This document shows positions 1 to 14,230 of a stretch of DNA of 64,000 nucleotides, piece by piece. The DNA lies in contig CM059432.1 in the NCBI GenBank assembly GCA_030390025.1, positions 48,486,001 through 48,550,000 of the forward strand, in the 5' to 3' direction. Every line of letters starts with the position of its first letter. Positions within the stretch are counted from its first letter, which is position 1. A model generated the notes under the pieces. It was not told the DNA's origin and did not search any database. It saw only the letters and a list, made by a program, of their open reading frames with translations. A program made the position numbers and the translations under genes. The DNA is from Squalus acanthias (taxonomy: Eukaryota).

Positions 1-1349
1 AGTCTGACATTAGTAGGGAAAATACTAGAATCTATTATTAAGGACGTGGTAACAGGGCACTTAGAAAATAATAGGATTGGGCAGAGTCAACACGGATTTA
101 TGAAAGGGAAATCGTGTTTGACAAGTTTTTTGAGGTTGTAACTAGCAGAATAGATAAGGGGGAACTAGTGGATGTGGTGTATTTGGATTTTCAGAAGGCA
201 TTCGATAAGGTGCCACACAAGAGCTTATTAAACAAAATTAGGGCTCATGGGATTGGGGGTAATATACTAGCATGAAGTGAAGATTGGTTAACGGACAGAA
301 AACAAAGAGTAGGAATAAACGGGTAATTTTCAGGTTGGCAGGCTGTAACTAGTGGGGTATCGCAAGGATCACTGCTTGGGCCTCAGCTATTCACAATCTA
401 TATCAATGATTTGGATGAGGGGACCAAATGTAATATATCCAAGTTTGCTGATGATACAAAGCTAGGTGGGAATGTAAGTTGTGAGGAGGATGCAAGGAGG
501 CTTCAAGGGGATATAGACAGGTTAAGTGAGTGGGCAAGAATATGGCAAATGGAATATAATGTGGAGAAATGTGAAGTTATCCACTTTGGTTGGGAAAATA
601 GAAAAGCAGTGTATTTTTAAAATGGTGAGAGATTGGGAAATGTTGGTGTTCAGAAGGACCTGGGTGTCCTTGTACACGAATCACTGAAAGTTAACATGCA
701 GGTACAGCAAGCAATTAAGAAAGCAAATGGTGTGTTGGCCTTTATTACAAGAGGCTTTGAGTAGAAGAGTAAAGATGTCTTCCTGCAATTATATAGGGCC
801 CTAGTGAAACCACACCTGGAGTATTGTGTACAATTTTGGTCTCCTTACCTAAGGAAGGATATACTTGCCATAGAGGGAGTGCAACGAAGGTTCACCAGAC
901 CAATTCCTGGGGTGGAGGGATTGTCCTATGAGGAGAGATTGAGTAGACTGGGGCTATATTCTCTGGAGTTTAGAAGAATGAGAGGTGATCTCATTGAAAC
1001 ATACAAAACCAGGGCTTGACAGGGTAGATGCAGGGAGGATGTTTCCCCTGGCTGGGGAGTCTAGAACCAGGGGTCACAGTCTCAGAATAAGGGGTCGGCC
1101 ATTTAGGACTGAGATGAGGAGAAATTTCTTCACTCAGACGGTGGTGAATCTTTGGAATTCTCTACCCCAGAGCGCTGTGGAGGCTCAGTCATTGAGTATA
1201 TTCAAGACAGAGATCGATAGATTTTTGGATATTAAGGGATAGTGCAGCAAAGTGGAGTTGAGGTCGAAGATCAGCCATGATCTTATTGAATGGCAGAGCA
1301 GGCGAGGGGCCTAATGGCCTACCCCTGCTCCTATTTCTTATGTTCTTAG
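1..1349 (+). mobile_element. CR1 LINE 3' part (decayed RT and 3' UTR)
   Basis: [22 protein letters not shown] and RRMRGDLIE motifs broken by stops; tail cctatttcttatgttctta. Confidence 0.95.
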
Positions 1350-1422
1350 AAGCTAATTATTTTGCCATTAGCAAACTGAGGATAATATAACCTATATTCT
1401 TGTAACAAAAATGAAGGAATAC

Positions 1423-1610
1423 CTCTCAGATTTTTTGTTTTTTAGCTGTCTGGCACTTCGTTGTTTGGAGGTTTCAGTCATTTGTCGATAACTTGGAATC
1501 TTTGTTCGTCTAGCTCCCTTCTTGTGATTCTCTTTACAGCTCTCACTTTCACTCTCAGATGTATGATCAATATCTCGCTTTGCTTTTACTGTAGTTGAAG
1601 TAGCTGGAAC
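1423..1610 (-). CDS. LRRCC1: LRRCC1 coding exon 7 (188 nt); the gene continues beyond the window start
   Basis: Translates VPATSTTVKAKRDIDHTSESE...RRTKIPSY...KKSE, resembling the KRDxDxTSES and RRxKIP motifs of LRRCC1. Acceptor cttcag|G, donor GAG|GTATTC. Confidence 0.9.
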
Positions 1611-3774
1611 CTGAAGAATGAAGAAATCCAGCATGAAGTACATTTCCTCTGGTAAGTCAGGTTCCACAAAATATTGATTGCAAAAAGCCAATTTAAGCAG
1701 AATTAGTCTTAATAGCCATGCAACTCTTTACTGTAAAATATATTTTAGGTCACAGTGAAATAAATAGGAGCACAATGATTTATCAGTGATATAAAACCGG
1801 TGGTATACTTGCCCAGAATTTTAACTTTAGAATACTATTTGTCTTCCACCCATCCCTCCAAGATTATGCTTTTAGCTAGTGCAACTAAATGCCTATGTTT
1901 TAACTCTGTTTGAAATAATTTAGCACTGTAGTTAAGGGCATAGACAATTTTAAAATGCAAACAATAATTTTGACTTGCACAACTGAAAATGGGACACAGG
2001 ATCCCATGGTAACAATGAATGACCCAGACCAAAATATCTGAATTACCAGGACTTCAGTATTAGGTTTAAACTCATCAAAATAACTATTAGCATGGTTAAA
2101 CTCTGGCAATGTCGGTCTTCTTATTCATGGTTGTCTGAATAGTTATTTTTACGATAAACCATTGTGTGTTGGGGTTCACAAGTCTGCCTGCTCAGTCACA
2201 CTGACAGAGAGTCAAATATAGCTACACTCAGGGTTGCATGGAACTTTAGAAATATCCCAACTCCTTTTTTAAAGATAGCATTTCATTTTTTTTTTAAATA
2301 CTCCATCTTTAGGGAAATAAATTATTCTTTAACGCGCATGTCTCTGGCTTTCTCTTATTTTTCCTCAGACTAGGTTTCACACCTGATTAGGCCTAGAAAG
2401 CACAACAATGTCTATCAAACCGCATAGATGAACATGTTAAAAACGCTGTTCCAGCAATCCAAGTACCATCTCTGGTATTGCATTTTCAAAATTAGCAAGA
2501 GGAATGTAGCTTCCATTTTGACGTTAGGGAAATTTCTGTCTTTATTTTGTGTAGGTATTTGTCACATTAATAGGGGCACAGTTACATGACGGTATCCATT
2601 TGAGACCAGTCCCTGTTTAGAGCAATATGGAACCAGTGCTCCCCAACTTATACTGTTGAAACTGCATCACTCTCCAGTCATGCAAAGCAGGCGTGTGTGC
2701 AGACATGCTTACGTGCATGTATAGTGCTCAGCTCACCAGCATCCAAACACCAGTTACATTTTTTATACTAGCAGAGTTGATGAGGTAGTTATAAAGGATA
2801 ATAATTAATTGTAAACACTTCCCACTGTCAGTTTGACTGCCACGGAACTTTGGAAAGTTTGCTTTGCAGTTATCCTACAGCTAATGCAAAGCTAAAGTAA
2901 TCCAAAACTACAATTTACAAAAATGCAAAGCACGGTCAATTCAGTGCTTCAGTTAGGTTATATCGATGAATGTGTACCTCTGTGAAGCTGAACATGCTTA
3001 TAAATTCTACGCACAATATTCAATCTTTACTCTCTGCTACTCTAAAGAAATTCCCTCACTGCTGCATTTAAACAAAAATTGCTTCTGTTTTAAAACACAT
3101 TTCCAGTTTCAGAAAATACTTTTTGCAGGGTGTTATACACATCATAGCAATATTTTCCAGATGGGGATTCACATGCCTTTTGTGAGATTTTCCATTGGTT
3201 GTAAAGCGCTTTGGGGTGTATTGAGGTTGTGAAAGGCGCTACATAAAGTTTGTCTTTTTTTATTTCTTTGATTAATAAATGCCACCCGTGAATGCACAAC
3301 CATCTGAAGTGATTTTAATTCAAACTGCAACCAGGTGTTAATATGGAGGAAAAGAAATAGAAACACACCAGCAGGACAATTTGGTCCAAAAGGGATACAA
3401 TATATGCTGTGTGTTACAGATCTAAATAGCAGTCAATATTTCAAAATTATTTGAACATTTGCATTTCCCCAGTACATGAATGATGCCTAGAAGATTAAGG
3501 TTCATTATTTATCCTCATTCACGAAAATCTTTCATCATATATTAAGAAATTTATTGCAAATCATATTAAAACACCTCCCACTAAACATGTGATACTGTAT
3601 ATGTACCAACATTTACAAAACCTGCAATAATTACAATTGCGTATACAAAATTTTAATAATGTGAGTGAGCAATTTTTAAAAACACTGCCTAGTCTGGCCA
3701 CATAATTACACATACAAACTGCAATGTTAAACCAACGATTTTTCCTTCAGAAGTCATTCCTTTCCAACAATCAC

Positions 3775-3993
3775 CTGCTGCAACAGCTGAGAAATCTGTC
3801 TTTCCAGCTTCTTTATTCTTATTTCATTGAACACATCGACAGTGCTGTGAATCTTCGATTGCTCCAGTTCTGGTGAAGAACTAGCCTCAGTGGCAGACAT
3901 TGGTCTTGCAGGATCAGACACTGTGGTACGATGGCGATAATGAGCAAGAACCTCATCAATTCGTGGAGTGATCACAGGTAGCCCCAATGAAGC
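3775..3993 (-). CDS. LRRCC1: LRRCC1 coding exon 6 (219 nt)
   Basis: Translates ASLGLPVITPRIDEVL...NEIRIKKLERQISQLLQQ (short coiled coil). Acceptor aaatag|G, donor CAG|GTGATT, phase 0-0. Confidence 0.88.
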
Positions 3994-5258
3994 CTATTTT
4001 TATTACAGAAAAGGGGAAGTGTGCAAACATAAAACAAAAGCGTTAGAAATTTCTATCATCTATTACAGTGGAACTTTAATTTAAAATATTAGCTTTTCAT
4101 TAAACTTAAGAAAAACAACTGTGTATATGGTTATGTTATTGTGTCATCTACTATACCAATGTACTCTGCTTGTTTACAAATCTGGGAGATTCTTGCAAGA
4201 CCTTGTGCCAGGTGAAAATTCTACTTTAATGCCATTTGCACATCCACATCAAATATTCCATATAATTTTCAAAATTTATAACAATCATATACATTAAACT
4301 TGTGAGCATTTTTAAAACCATCAGAATTTTAAATAGCAGCTTATCTCTTGAATGTGTGCAATATCTTCTTGGACGCTTCCTATGTCCAAAGGCGGCACAT
4401 TTGTTAAGCACATTAGTTATCTACCTGCAAGTGTACAAGCTTTTCTTTTTCCGAACTGACATCCGAGGTTAAAAAGGATGCACTACAGGTTGTGCCATTT
4501 AATCTGGTACAAGTCAGAGCAAATACAATTTAGTATTTCAGATATTCCTGTGTATTGCACAATACTGTACAACATCTGGTTAAAAGGAGCATCGTCCCCT
4601 TACCGTTGCTTTTTAAATTCATAAATTGCTATTCTACATATCAGGATTATTGAAGTCCATTGAACTGCTCTCACCTCATTTTCAGAAAACTAAGATACTC
4701 ATAAATGACTTGGGACACCATTGGAATGCTGGACACCAATCCCTCATATCCCCAGTTGGTATTTCATTGTTTAAAAATGCATAATTGCTGTTCATTGGGG
4801 ATCCCTTGAACTGCAGTTACCAGAGAGAATGGAAGTGCAGAAAGAAAAAAAACTGAAGAGATAGACAATTCAGATCATTTTCCAAACCGCTCACATATAA
4901 TCGTTGCACAGCTGGCTGTTCACCCTCAAAGAATGGGGCCACAGAGGAAAATTGTTCAAGCTTTTTGTCTTCATGTGCCATTTAGCTCCATAGCAGAGAG
5001 CCTAGTGGACCACATATGAAGTTTAAAGCATGTGCATTTAGGTGTTCTGATTTAGGATTTATCTGCCAACAAGGCGACAGTACCAAGGACAGCCCCTTCT
5101 AAACCTCCAGGTGCACAAAATTTAAAAAACCAAACAAACCAGTAATTAGGAAGTAGAAGCACAAATAAAGTTGCTTAGGCTTCATGAACCAGAAACAGCT
5201 GACAGGCCACTTTGGACACTCCTGATCTAGAGAGTGAAAAAAATAACAAAATACAAAC

Positions 5259-5428
5259 CTTTTCCACATTTAGGCTAGAGTCTGATGATACCAAATACTC
5301 CAAGTAGTCTTCTAAGCCAGGTATATCCAAGGGGCCTCCTTCACTTGAATGGATAGATTCACCAGACCGCTTTAGTCCATCTAGCACAGTCAGCTGAGTT
5401 AGAGATTGAAGCATTATTTCTCTGTAAC
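5259..5428 (-). CDS. LRRCC1: LRRCC1 coding exon 5 (170 nt), LRR cap
   Basis: Translates (G)YREIMLQSLTQLTVLDG...YLVSSDSSLNVEK, containing the LRRcap motif YRxxxxxxLxQLxxLDG. Acceptor tttttcag|G, donor AAG|GTTTGT. Confidence 0.93.
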
Positions 5429-6545
5429 CTGAAAAAGTTTGGGACAACTTTCAATTGTAATAGATTACTTTTTATGTGAACCATTTTGCAGTAAGAAACA
5501 CAGTCTAAAAGTAGCAGGTGCTAAATGAATACTCTACACGGTCTTTTCTAGTTCCAATCTTATTTTCTTGGATCTATGTAAAAATTTTCATTTTAAAATG
5601 TTAGAAGACATTGTTCTTTTGGCATGATGATGGTATTCTCTTTCTCTCCTTAAAACAGCTCTTGTTGCTACAACTATAGGTGAAGTCATAGTCCTGTGAC
5701 TGATTCATCAAGCAAATTGTATGCTCATACGTCACAGCTAGTAGAAAATCACAAAAATTTTATTGCAATATACAAAGATTGTGGGACATCAATGTATATA
5801 TTTTTTGTTTTGTTTTAAATACAAGCATAAAAACATTACAAACTCTAATGTACAACCCAAGACCATAAAATTTATGGCAGTAACTTATTTATGTGCTGTA
5901 ACGATTTAGGAATTTTTATTCAAGCCCTAGTTCTCTCCCTTTACTTTAATTCAAAGACCAACTATTTACCAACTCCGTGTGCCTAGTGTATGTGTGTGTA
6001 CAGATTTTAAACGCATGTGCAGAGTTTGGAAATAATCTTACTACTGTAATTGAACCAATCCCAATACAAAAAACAAAAAAAGACCATAAGTATATTTTTA
6101 TTTCTACCCTTATTACATTAAACTATTTGAAATTATACTCGTCATATTCTGAAAGACAGCTTTAATGCAGGTTTCAAAAAATACTTAACAGAAGCAATCA
6201 GTAGAGATGGTTTTCCAAATTTCCATCTAAAAGCCTAGCAACATCGTTAAAATATAATCTGCATGATACAATATTGGTTTAGCGAAGTACGTGGACTGAA
6301 TAAGCATTATATAAATCCTGCTGCATGCACACAATCCCTTTGTTAAGAGATTAAGATTGAGAAATAGTTAAAAAATCCATTTTATGCGAAAGAATCACAT
6401 ATTGTTTTCATTTTATCAATTCTGTAGTTAAAATCTTACAATTAAAACACCTGCAAATGTAGAATGTCAACAAATCTATAAGGCTGTAACTGTTGTCATA
6501 CAAAATAGCCTTGGATAGTTCTAATCGTCTCATGGATACATCAAT

Positions 6546-7286
6546 GGCCCAGATTTAGTGGTGGTAATGACGGTGAAACTGTCAGCGTTCGCCGTCATTA
6601 ACCTTCTGAAACTGACAGCAACTTCAGGATTTAGCGCATGCGCAGATAAACGCGGAAATCCTGAAGTTGCGGTCAGTCATTCACTGCTCCGTCTCAGGCT
6701 ACGCTGTGGAACTCCCAGAGCCGACAATCAATTCAAATCACTTGAACTGACGAAAAGTTCACCTTTTACGATGGAATATTGCTGTTAAAAAAAACCTAAA
6801 ACATTAAGCCTTGTTGTTGAAGAGGTGTAACTGGATTTTAACAGCGTAGTGACTGCTGAACAACCGTTCTGGCCCTAAAAAACTAATTTTATATTTGTGG
6901 AATAGCAAATTTTTCCATTAATATGATTAAGAATTACAAGTTTTTAATATAATTTTTTTCCAAGTTTATGATATTTCAGCTTCTAACTTAATCCTATGTG
7001 TCTGTCCCAATCTTTATTTTGTTTTCTGTAAAATTTATTAAAAGTAAATTATAATCTGTGCATTTTACTTCCGGGTTTGCTATCTATGAGAATTCTTCAA
7101 TGTGATTGGCTGCTTAGCCATCACTGTTGCTGGACACTGGTGATTTGCTTGATGGAGCCCCAGATTCAAACCAAGGTTGGGAGAGCTGAAATTGATGCCA
7201 CAGAGATCGCTAGATCTTTGTGGGCAGCTTTCTTTGATGTCAGTAGCGATCGCCGTCGCTTCGCCGCTGACCACAAATTCCAGGCC
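6546..7286. mobile_element. Harbinger-like MITE (copy C)
   Basis: Imperfect TIRs GGCCCAGATTTAGTGGT / ACCACAAATTCCAGGCC, GC-rich arms, AT-rich core, internal hairpins. No clean TSD. Confidence 0.65.
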
Positions 7287-7520
7287 GTTATGTTTATTCT
7301 TTTCTGTACAAGTAAATAGGTAAAGCAGTTTGTCTTATGATCCAAGATCATGCTGTGGAGCCTTTTTGTGTCTTTGGTATGTTGAGCTAATAATACCTAA
7401 TGTAAAACCAATTATTTAATAAATGGCAATTGTTTGACTCCATGCATTCCAAAGTCCAAGAATTCATATTTGGCATATAAGCAATATTGTATTACAAAAT
7501 TTACATTCCGAACACCATAC

Positions 7521-7688
7521 CTGGTGTTTGACATACTGGGTTGTCGCTTCCATCTTTCGCCAGAGTAAGGTCCGTTAAGAAGCACAGACCCACCATGCGT
7601 TGCAGCAAATGATTGAAGTTACTAATGCAATTACTGTGAAGATCTACAAGACTTAACTTGTGACCAATACCATGAAGGTGTAAAAAGC
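7521..7688 (-). CDS. LRRCC1: LRRCC1 coding exon 4 (168 nt), last LRR and start of the LRR cap
   Basis: Translates (G)FLHLHGIGHKLSLVDLHSNCISNFNHLLQRMVGLCFLTDLTLAKDGSDNPVCQTP(G). Acceptor ttgcag|G, donor CAG|GTATGG. Confidence 0.95.
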
Positions 7689-7726
7689 CTGCAACGCAAG
7701 AGGTAAGAAACAAAAATATTAGCACA

Positions 7727-7945
7727 GATAGTCATAGAAGGTTACAACATAGAAACAGGCCATTTGGCCCATCATATTTCCACCAGTGTTTTTCTCCACA
7801 AGCCACCTGGTTTAATCACACCCTACTACTCACTTCCCATACCCTTTAATATTCCTCTTGTTCAAGTCACCACCTAATTCCTTTTCAAAAAGGATTTATG
7901 GACTCCGCTTCAATAATGACTTGTGGTGGCACCATTCCAGAAGCG
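7727..7945 (-). mobile_element. Old CR1 3' end fragment
   Basis: catagaa...aggccatttggccc tail and cccataccctttaat match the reverse strand of CR1 3' ends. Confidence 0.6.
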
Positions 7946-10396
7946 TACCTCTTTCAGGGCATACACTGGTTTTGCAACCTACTAATTATATACTTGAATA
8001 GATTCCACTGTTGGTTTGTAAAATTAATGGGGGGGGGGGGCAGGTGGAGGATTCAGGAAAGGGTAAATTCAAAAGCAGCAAGAGAAATGTCAAGGCTGTA
8101 CAACAGAGTAGCGATTTGGGTAAAAATAAGCAGACTGGGTGAGGAAGGGACAAAGAGCTTGACAAAAGTAATTGGGCAATAAAGACTAAGGTGACATCAG
8201 AGAAAAATTTAAAAAAAGTTAAAGCTAAAGGCAATATATCTAAATGCGCGAAGCATTCGCAACAAAATACATGAATTAATAGCATAGATAAAAATAAATG
8301 GGTTTGATCTAATAGCCATTACAGAGTTGCAGAGTGACCAAGGTTGGGAACTAAATATTCTAGGATACTTGACTTTTAGATGAGATAGGAAAAATGGAAA
8401 AGGAGGGAGGGTAGCCCTGATAATAAAGGATGGGATAAAAACAGTAGAGAGAAAGGATCTTAGCTCAGAAAATCAAGATGTAGAAACAGTTTGGGTGAAG
8501 CCAAGAAACAAGGGGCAGAAAACACAGGTAAGAGCAGTTTATAGGCTCCCGAACAGTAGTTGTAGTGTCAGGCAAAGTATAAATCAGAAAATCAGAGGTG
8601 CATGTAACATGGGTAATACAGTAATCATGGGGAACTTTAGTTTTCAATATAGACTGGGCAAACCAAATTTGCAGTATTAGTGCGGAGGACAGGTTCCTGG
8701 AATGCATTCAAGATAGTTTTCTAGATCAGTATGTCGAGGAGCCAAGTAGAGAACAGGCTATTTTAGATCTAGGGTCTTAAATCTGAACAAAGCAAACTAC
8801 ATAAGTATGAGGAGCGAGTTGACTAACATAGATTGGGAAACTAGATTAAAAGATATGATGGTAGATAAGCAATGGCAAACATTTAATGGCTTAATTCATA
8901 ATTCACAACGAATATACAATCCCCTAAGGAATAAAAACCCCATGGGAAAAGTGGTCCAACCGTGGCAAACAAGAGAAGTTAAATATAGTATTAGATTAAA
9001 GGAAGAGGCTCATAATGTTGCCAAAAAGAGTTGTAAGCCTGAAGATTGGGAGGATTTTAGAATTCAGCAAAGGATGACCAAGAAATTGATAAAGAAAAAA
9101 GAGAATATGAGAGTAAACTATCAAGAGACATAAAAACAGATTGTAAAAGCTTCTTTATGTAAAAAGGAAGAGAGTAATGAAAGTAAACGTGGGTTCCTTA
9201 GAGGCAGAGACAGGAGAAATGAAATTGGGGAATAAGGAAATGTCAGAGACATTAAACAAATACTTTGTATGTGTCTTCACGGTAGATGACACAAAAGTCA
9301 TTGCGGAAATAGTGGGGAACTAAATGTCTAGCGAGAATGAGGAACTTAAAAGAAATTAGTATTAGTAAAGAAATAGTGCTAGAGAAATTAATGGGACTAA
9401 AAGTCGACAAATTCCCTGGACCTGATGGCCTACATCCCAGGGTTCTAAAAGAGGTGGCTACAGAGATAGTGGATGCAATCGTTTTGATCTTTCAGAATTC
9501 CCTATATTCTGGAACGGTCCCCGTGGATTGGAAGGTAGCAAATGCAACCCCGTTATTCAAGAAAGGAGGGAGAGAGAAAACGAACGATAGGCCAGTTACC
9601 CTGACGTCAGTAGTTGGGAAAATGCAAAAATCTATTATTAGGGCATGGTAACAGAGCACTTAGCATAGTATCATTGGGCAGAGTCAACATGGATTTATGA
9701 AAGGGAAATCGTGTTTGACAAAGATTTTTGAGGTTGTAACTAGCAGGGTAGATAAGGGGGAACCAGTGAATGTAGTGTATTTGGATTTTCAGAAAGCATT
9801 CAATAAGGTGCCACACAAGAGGTTATTAAACAAAATTAGGGCTTATGGGATTGGGGGGTAATATATTAACATGAATTGAGGATTGGTTAATAGACAGAAA
9901 AGAGAGAGTAACAATAAACAGGTCATTTTCGGGTTGGCAGGCTGTAACTAGTGGGGCACCGCAAGGATCAGTGAGTGGGTTTCAGCTATTTCCAATCTAT
10001 ATTAATGACTTAGATGAGGGGACCAATTGTAAGGTATCCAGGTTTACTGACAATACAAAGTCAGGTGGGAAAGTAAGCTGTAAGGAGGACGCAAAGGGGC
10101 TGCAAAGGGATAGAGACAGGCTAAGTGAGTGGGCAAGAACATGGCAGATGGAATATAATGTAGAGAAGTGTGAAGTTATCCACTTTGGTTGGGAAAATAG
10201 AAAAGCAGAATATTTTTCAAATAGTGAGAGACTGGGAAATGTTGGTATTCAGAGGGTGTCCTTGTACATGAATCACAGAAAGTTAACATGCAGGACAGCA
10301 AGCAATTAGGAAAGAAAATGGTATGTTATACTCCAATCCCTTAGTAATAAAAGCTAAGAGTAAAGAAGTTTTACTATAATTATATAAGGCCTTGGC

Positions 10397-11957
10397 CTGA
10401 TAATCTACATCCTAGGGTACTTAAGGAAGTGGCCCTAGAAATAGTAGATGCATTGCTGGTCATCTTCCAAAATTCTATAGACTCTGGAACAGTTCCCATG
10501 GATTGGAGGGTAGCTAATGTAACCCCACTATTTAAAAAAGGTGGGAGAGAGAAAACGGGGAATTATAGACCGGTAAGCCTGACATCAGTAGTGGGGAAAA
10601 TGCTAGAGTCCATTATAAAAGATGTAATAGCAGAGCACTTGGAAAACAGTGACAGGATCGGACAAAGTCAACATGGATTTACAAAAGGTAAATCATACTT
10701 GACTAATCTACTGGAATTTTTTGAGGATGTAACTGGTAGAATAGATAAGGGAGAACCAGTGGATGTGGTGTATTTGGACTTTCAGAAGGCTTTCGATAAG
10801 GTCCCGCATAAGAGATTGGCGTGCAAAGTTAAAGCACATGGGATTGGGGGTAAGGTACTGACTTGGATAGAGAACTGGTTGGCAGACAGGAAGCAAAGAG
10901 TTGGAATAAACGGGTCTTTTTCCGAGTGGCAGGCAGTGACGAGTGGGGTACCGCAGGGATCGGTGCTAGGACCCCAGTTATTCACAATATATATTAATGA
11001 TCTAGACGAGGGAACTAGATGTAATATCTCCAAGTTTGCAGACGACACAAAGCTGGGTGGGCGTGTGTGTTGTGAGGAGGATGCAGAGAAACTCCAGTAT
11101 GATTTGGACAGGTTGGGTGATTGGGCAGATGCATGGCAGATGCAGTATAATGTGGATAAATGCGAGGTTATCCACTTTGGTGGCAAAAACAGGAAGGCAG
11201 ATTATTATGTGAACGGCAGTAGATTGGGAAAAGGGGAAGTGCAACGAGACCTGGGAGTCCTTGTGCACCAGTCGTCGAAGGTAAGCATGCAGGTGCAGCA
11301 GGCGGTTAAGAAGGCAAATGGTATGTTGGCGAGAGGATTCGAGTACAGGAGCAAGGATGTCTTGCTGCAGTTGTACAGGGCCTTGGTGAGACCACACCTC
11401 GAGTATTGTGTGCAGTTTTGGTCGCCTTATCTGAGGAAGGATGTTCTTGCCATGGAGGGAGTGCAGCGAAGATTCACCAGACTGATACCTGGGACGGCAG
11501 GAATGACGTATGAAGAGCGATTGGGACAATTGGGCTTGTATTCGCTAGAGTTTAGAAGAATGAGAGGGGATCTAATTGAAACTTATAAAATTCTAACAGG
11601 ACTAGACAGACTAGATGCAGGAAGGATGTTCCTGATGGCGGGGGAGTCCAGAACCAGGGGTCACAGTCTAAGGATAAGGGGTAAGCCATTTAGGACTGAG
11701 ATGAGGAGGAATTTCTTCACCCAGAGAGTGGTGAACCTGTGGAATTCTCTACTTCACAAGGCAGTTGAGGCCAATTCATTAAATATATTCAAGAAGGAGA
11801 TAGATATATTTCTTAAGGCTAAAGGGATCAAGGGATATGGGGAGAAAGCAGGGACAGGGTACTGAATTTGGATGATCAGCCATGATCTCATTAAATGGCG
11901 GAGCAGGCTCGAGGGGCCGAATGGCCTACTCCTGCTCCTATCTTCTATGTTTCTATG
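10397..11957 (+). mobile_element. Younger 5'-truncated CR1 with an uninterrupted 478-aa RT frame (10429-11865)
   Basis: NYRPVSLTS, YLDFQKAFD, GVPQGSVLGP and KFADDTK motifs; tail tcttctatgtttctat. It splits the host sequence aggccttgg|tgagaccacacc. Confidence 0.95.
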
Positions 11958-12382
11958 GTGAGACCACACCTGGAGTACTGCGTACAGTTTTGGTCTCCTT
12001 ACCTGAGGAAGGATATACTTGCCTTAGAGGGAGTGCAATGAAGGTTCACTAGGCTGATTCCTGCGATTGTCCTATGAGGAGAGATTGAGTAGACTAGGCT
12101 TATATTCCCTAGAGTTTAGAAGAATAAGAGGTGATCGCATTGAAACACATAAAATTCTTAAAGGGCTCGACAGGGTAGGTGCTGGGAGGATGTTTCCCCT
12201 GGCTGGGGAGTCTAGAACATGGGGTCACAATCTCAGAATAAGGGGTCAGCCACATTTAGGACTGAGATGAGGAGAAATTTCTTCACTCAAAGGGTTGTGA
12301 ATCTTTGGAATTCTCTACCCCAGAGAGGTGTGGATGCTCAGTTGTTGAGTATATTCAAGACAGAGATCGACAGATTTTTGTA

Positions 12383-14230
12383 TTCATAAGAACATAAGAA
12401 TTTGGAGCAGGAGTAGGCCATACGGCTCTTGAGGCTGCTCCGCCATTCAATAAGATCATGGCTGATTTCCGACTTCAACTCTGCTTTCCCGCCCGATCTC
12501 CATATCCCTTGATTCCCCCAGTGTCTAAAAATCTATCGATCTCAGCCTTGAATATACTCAACGATTCAGGATCCACAGCTCTTTGGGGTAGTGAATTCCA
12601 AAGATTCACAACGCTCTGAGTCAAGAAATTCCTCATCCCTGTCTGACATGGCCAACTCCTTATCCTGAGACTATGACCCCTAATTCTAGACCCTCCAGCC
12701 AGGGGAAACAACCTCTCAGCATTTACCCTGTCAATCCCCCTCAGAATCACATTTTTTTTTTTTTTAAATTCGCTTATGGGATCTGGGCATTGCTGGCAAG
12801 GCCAACATTTATTGCCCAACCCTAGTTGCCCTTGAGAAGGTGGTGGTGAGCCGCCTTCTTGAACCGCTGTAGTCCGTGTGGTGAAGGTACTCCCACAGTG
12901 CTGTTAGGTAGGGAGTTCCAGGATTTTGGCCCAGCGACAATGAAGGATCGGCGATATACTTCTAAGTCAGGATGGTGTGTGATTTGGAGGGGAACTTGGA
13001 GGTGGTAGTGTTCCTATGCGCCTGCTGCCCTTGTCCTTCTAGGTGGAAGAGGTCGCGGGTTTGGGAGGTGCTGCCGAAGATGCCTTGGTGAGTTGCTGCA
13101 GTGCATCTTGTAGATGGTACACACTGCAGCCACAGTACGCCGGGGTGCCAAGCAAACGGGCTGCTTTGTCCTGGATGGTGTCGAGCTTCTTGAGTGGTGT
13201 TGCAGCTGCACTCATCCAGGCAAGTGGAGAGTATTCCATCACACTCCTTACTTGTGCCTTGTAGATGGTGGAAAGGCTTTGCCGAGTCAGGAGGGGAGAC
13301 ACTCGCCGCAGAATACCTAGCCTCTGACCAGCTCTTGTTACCACAGTATTTATGTGGCTGGTCCAGTTAAGTTTCTGGTCAATGGTGACCCCCCCAGGAT
13401 GTTGATGGTGGGGGTTTCGGCGATGGTAATGCCATTGAATGTCAAGGGGAAGTCTCTCGCTTGTTGGAGATAGTCATTGCCTGGCACTTCTGTGGTGCGA
13501 ATGCTACCTGCCACTTATCAGCCCAAGCCTGAACGTCGTCCAGGTCTTGTTGCATGTGGACATGGACTGCTTCATTATCTGAGGAGTTGTGAATGGCGCT
13601 GAACACTGTGCAGTCATCAGCGAACATCCCCTTTTCTGACCTTATGTTGAAGGTTATTGATGAAGCAGCTGAAGATGGTTGGGCCTAGAACACTGCCCTG
13701 AGGAACTCCTGCAGCGATGTCCTGGGGCTGTGATGATTGACCGTCAATCACCACAACCATCTTCCTTTGTGCTAGGCATGACTCCAGCCAGTGGAGCGTT
13801 TCCCCCCCCGATTCCCATTGACTTCAGTTTTACTAGGGCTCCTTGATGCCGCACTCGGTCAAATGCTGCCTTGATGTCAAGGGCAGTCACTCTTACCTCA
13901 CCTCAGCTCTGGAATTCAACTCCTTTGTCCATGTTTGGACCAAGGTTGTAATGTGGTCGGGAGCCGAGTGTTCTTGGCGGAACCCAAACTGGGCATCAGT
14001 GAGCAGGTTATTGGTGAGTAAGTGCCACTTGATAGCACTGTCGATGACACCTTCCATCACTTTGCTGATGATTGAGAGTAGACTGATGGGTCGGTAATTG
14101 GCCGGATTGGATTTGTCCTGCTTTCTGTGGACAGGACATACCTGGGCAGTTTTCCACATTGTCGGATAGATGCCATAGATATATTTCAATGAGATCACCT
14201 CTCATTCTTCTAAACTCCAGAGAGTATATA
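12383..14230 (-). mobile_element. Antisense CR1 3' fragment, itself split by another LINE
   Basis: cataagaacataagaa tail at 12385. The RT C-terminus runs to about 12750 and resumes at about 14180-14230 (YSLEFRRMRGDLIE). Confidence 0.85.
12752..14178 (-). mobile_element. tRNA-headed LINE family, 5'-truncated copy (RT and 3' tail)
   Basis: NYRPISLLSIISK, QFGFR and MFADDCTVF motifs; 3' stem-loop followed by poly-A (poly-T at 12752-12766). Confidence 0.9.

Noticed and set aside
10429..11865. 478-aa ORF as a host or domesticated gene
   Set aside because: It is a 5'-truncated CR1 RT with no endonuclease, a GTG pseudo-start and an ordinary CR1 tail; the open frame most likely reflects youth.
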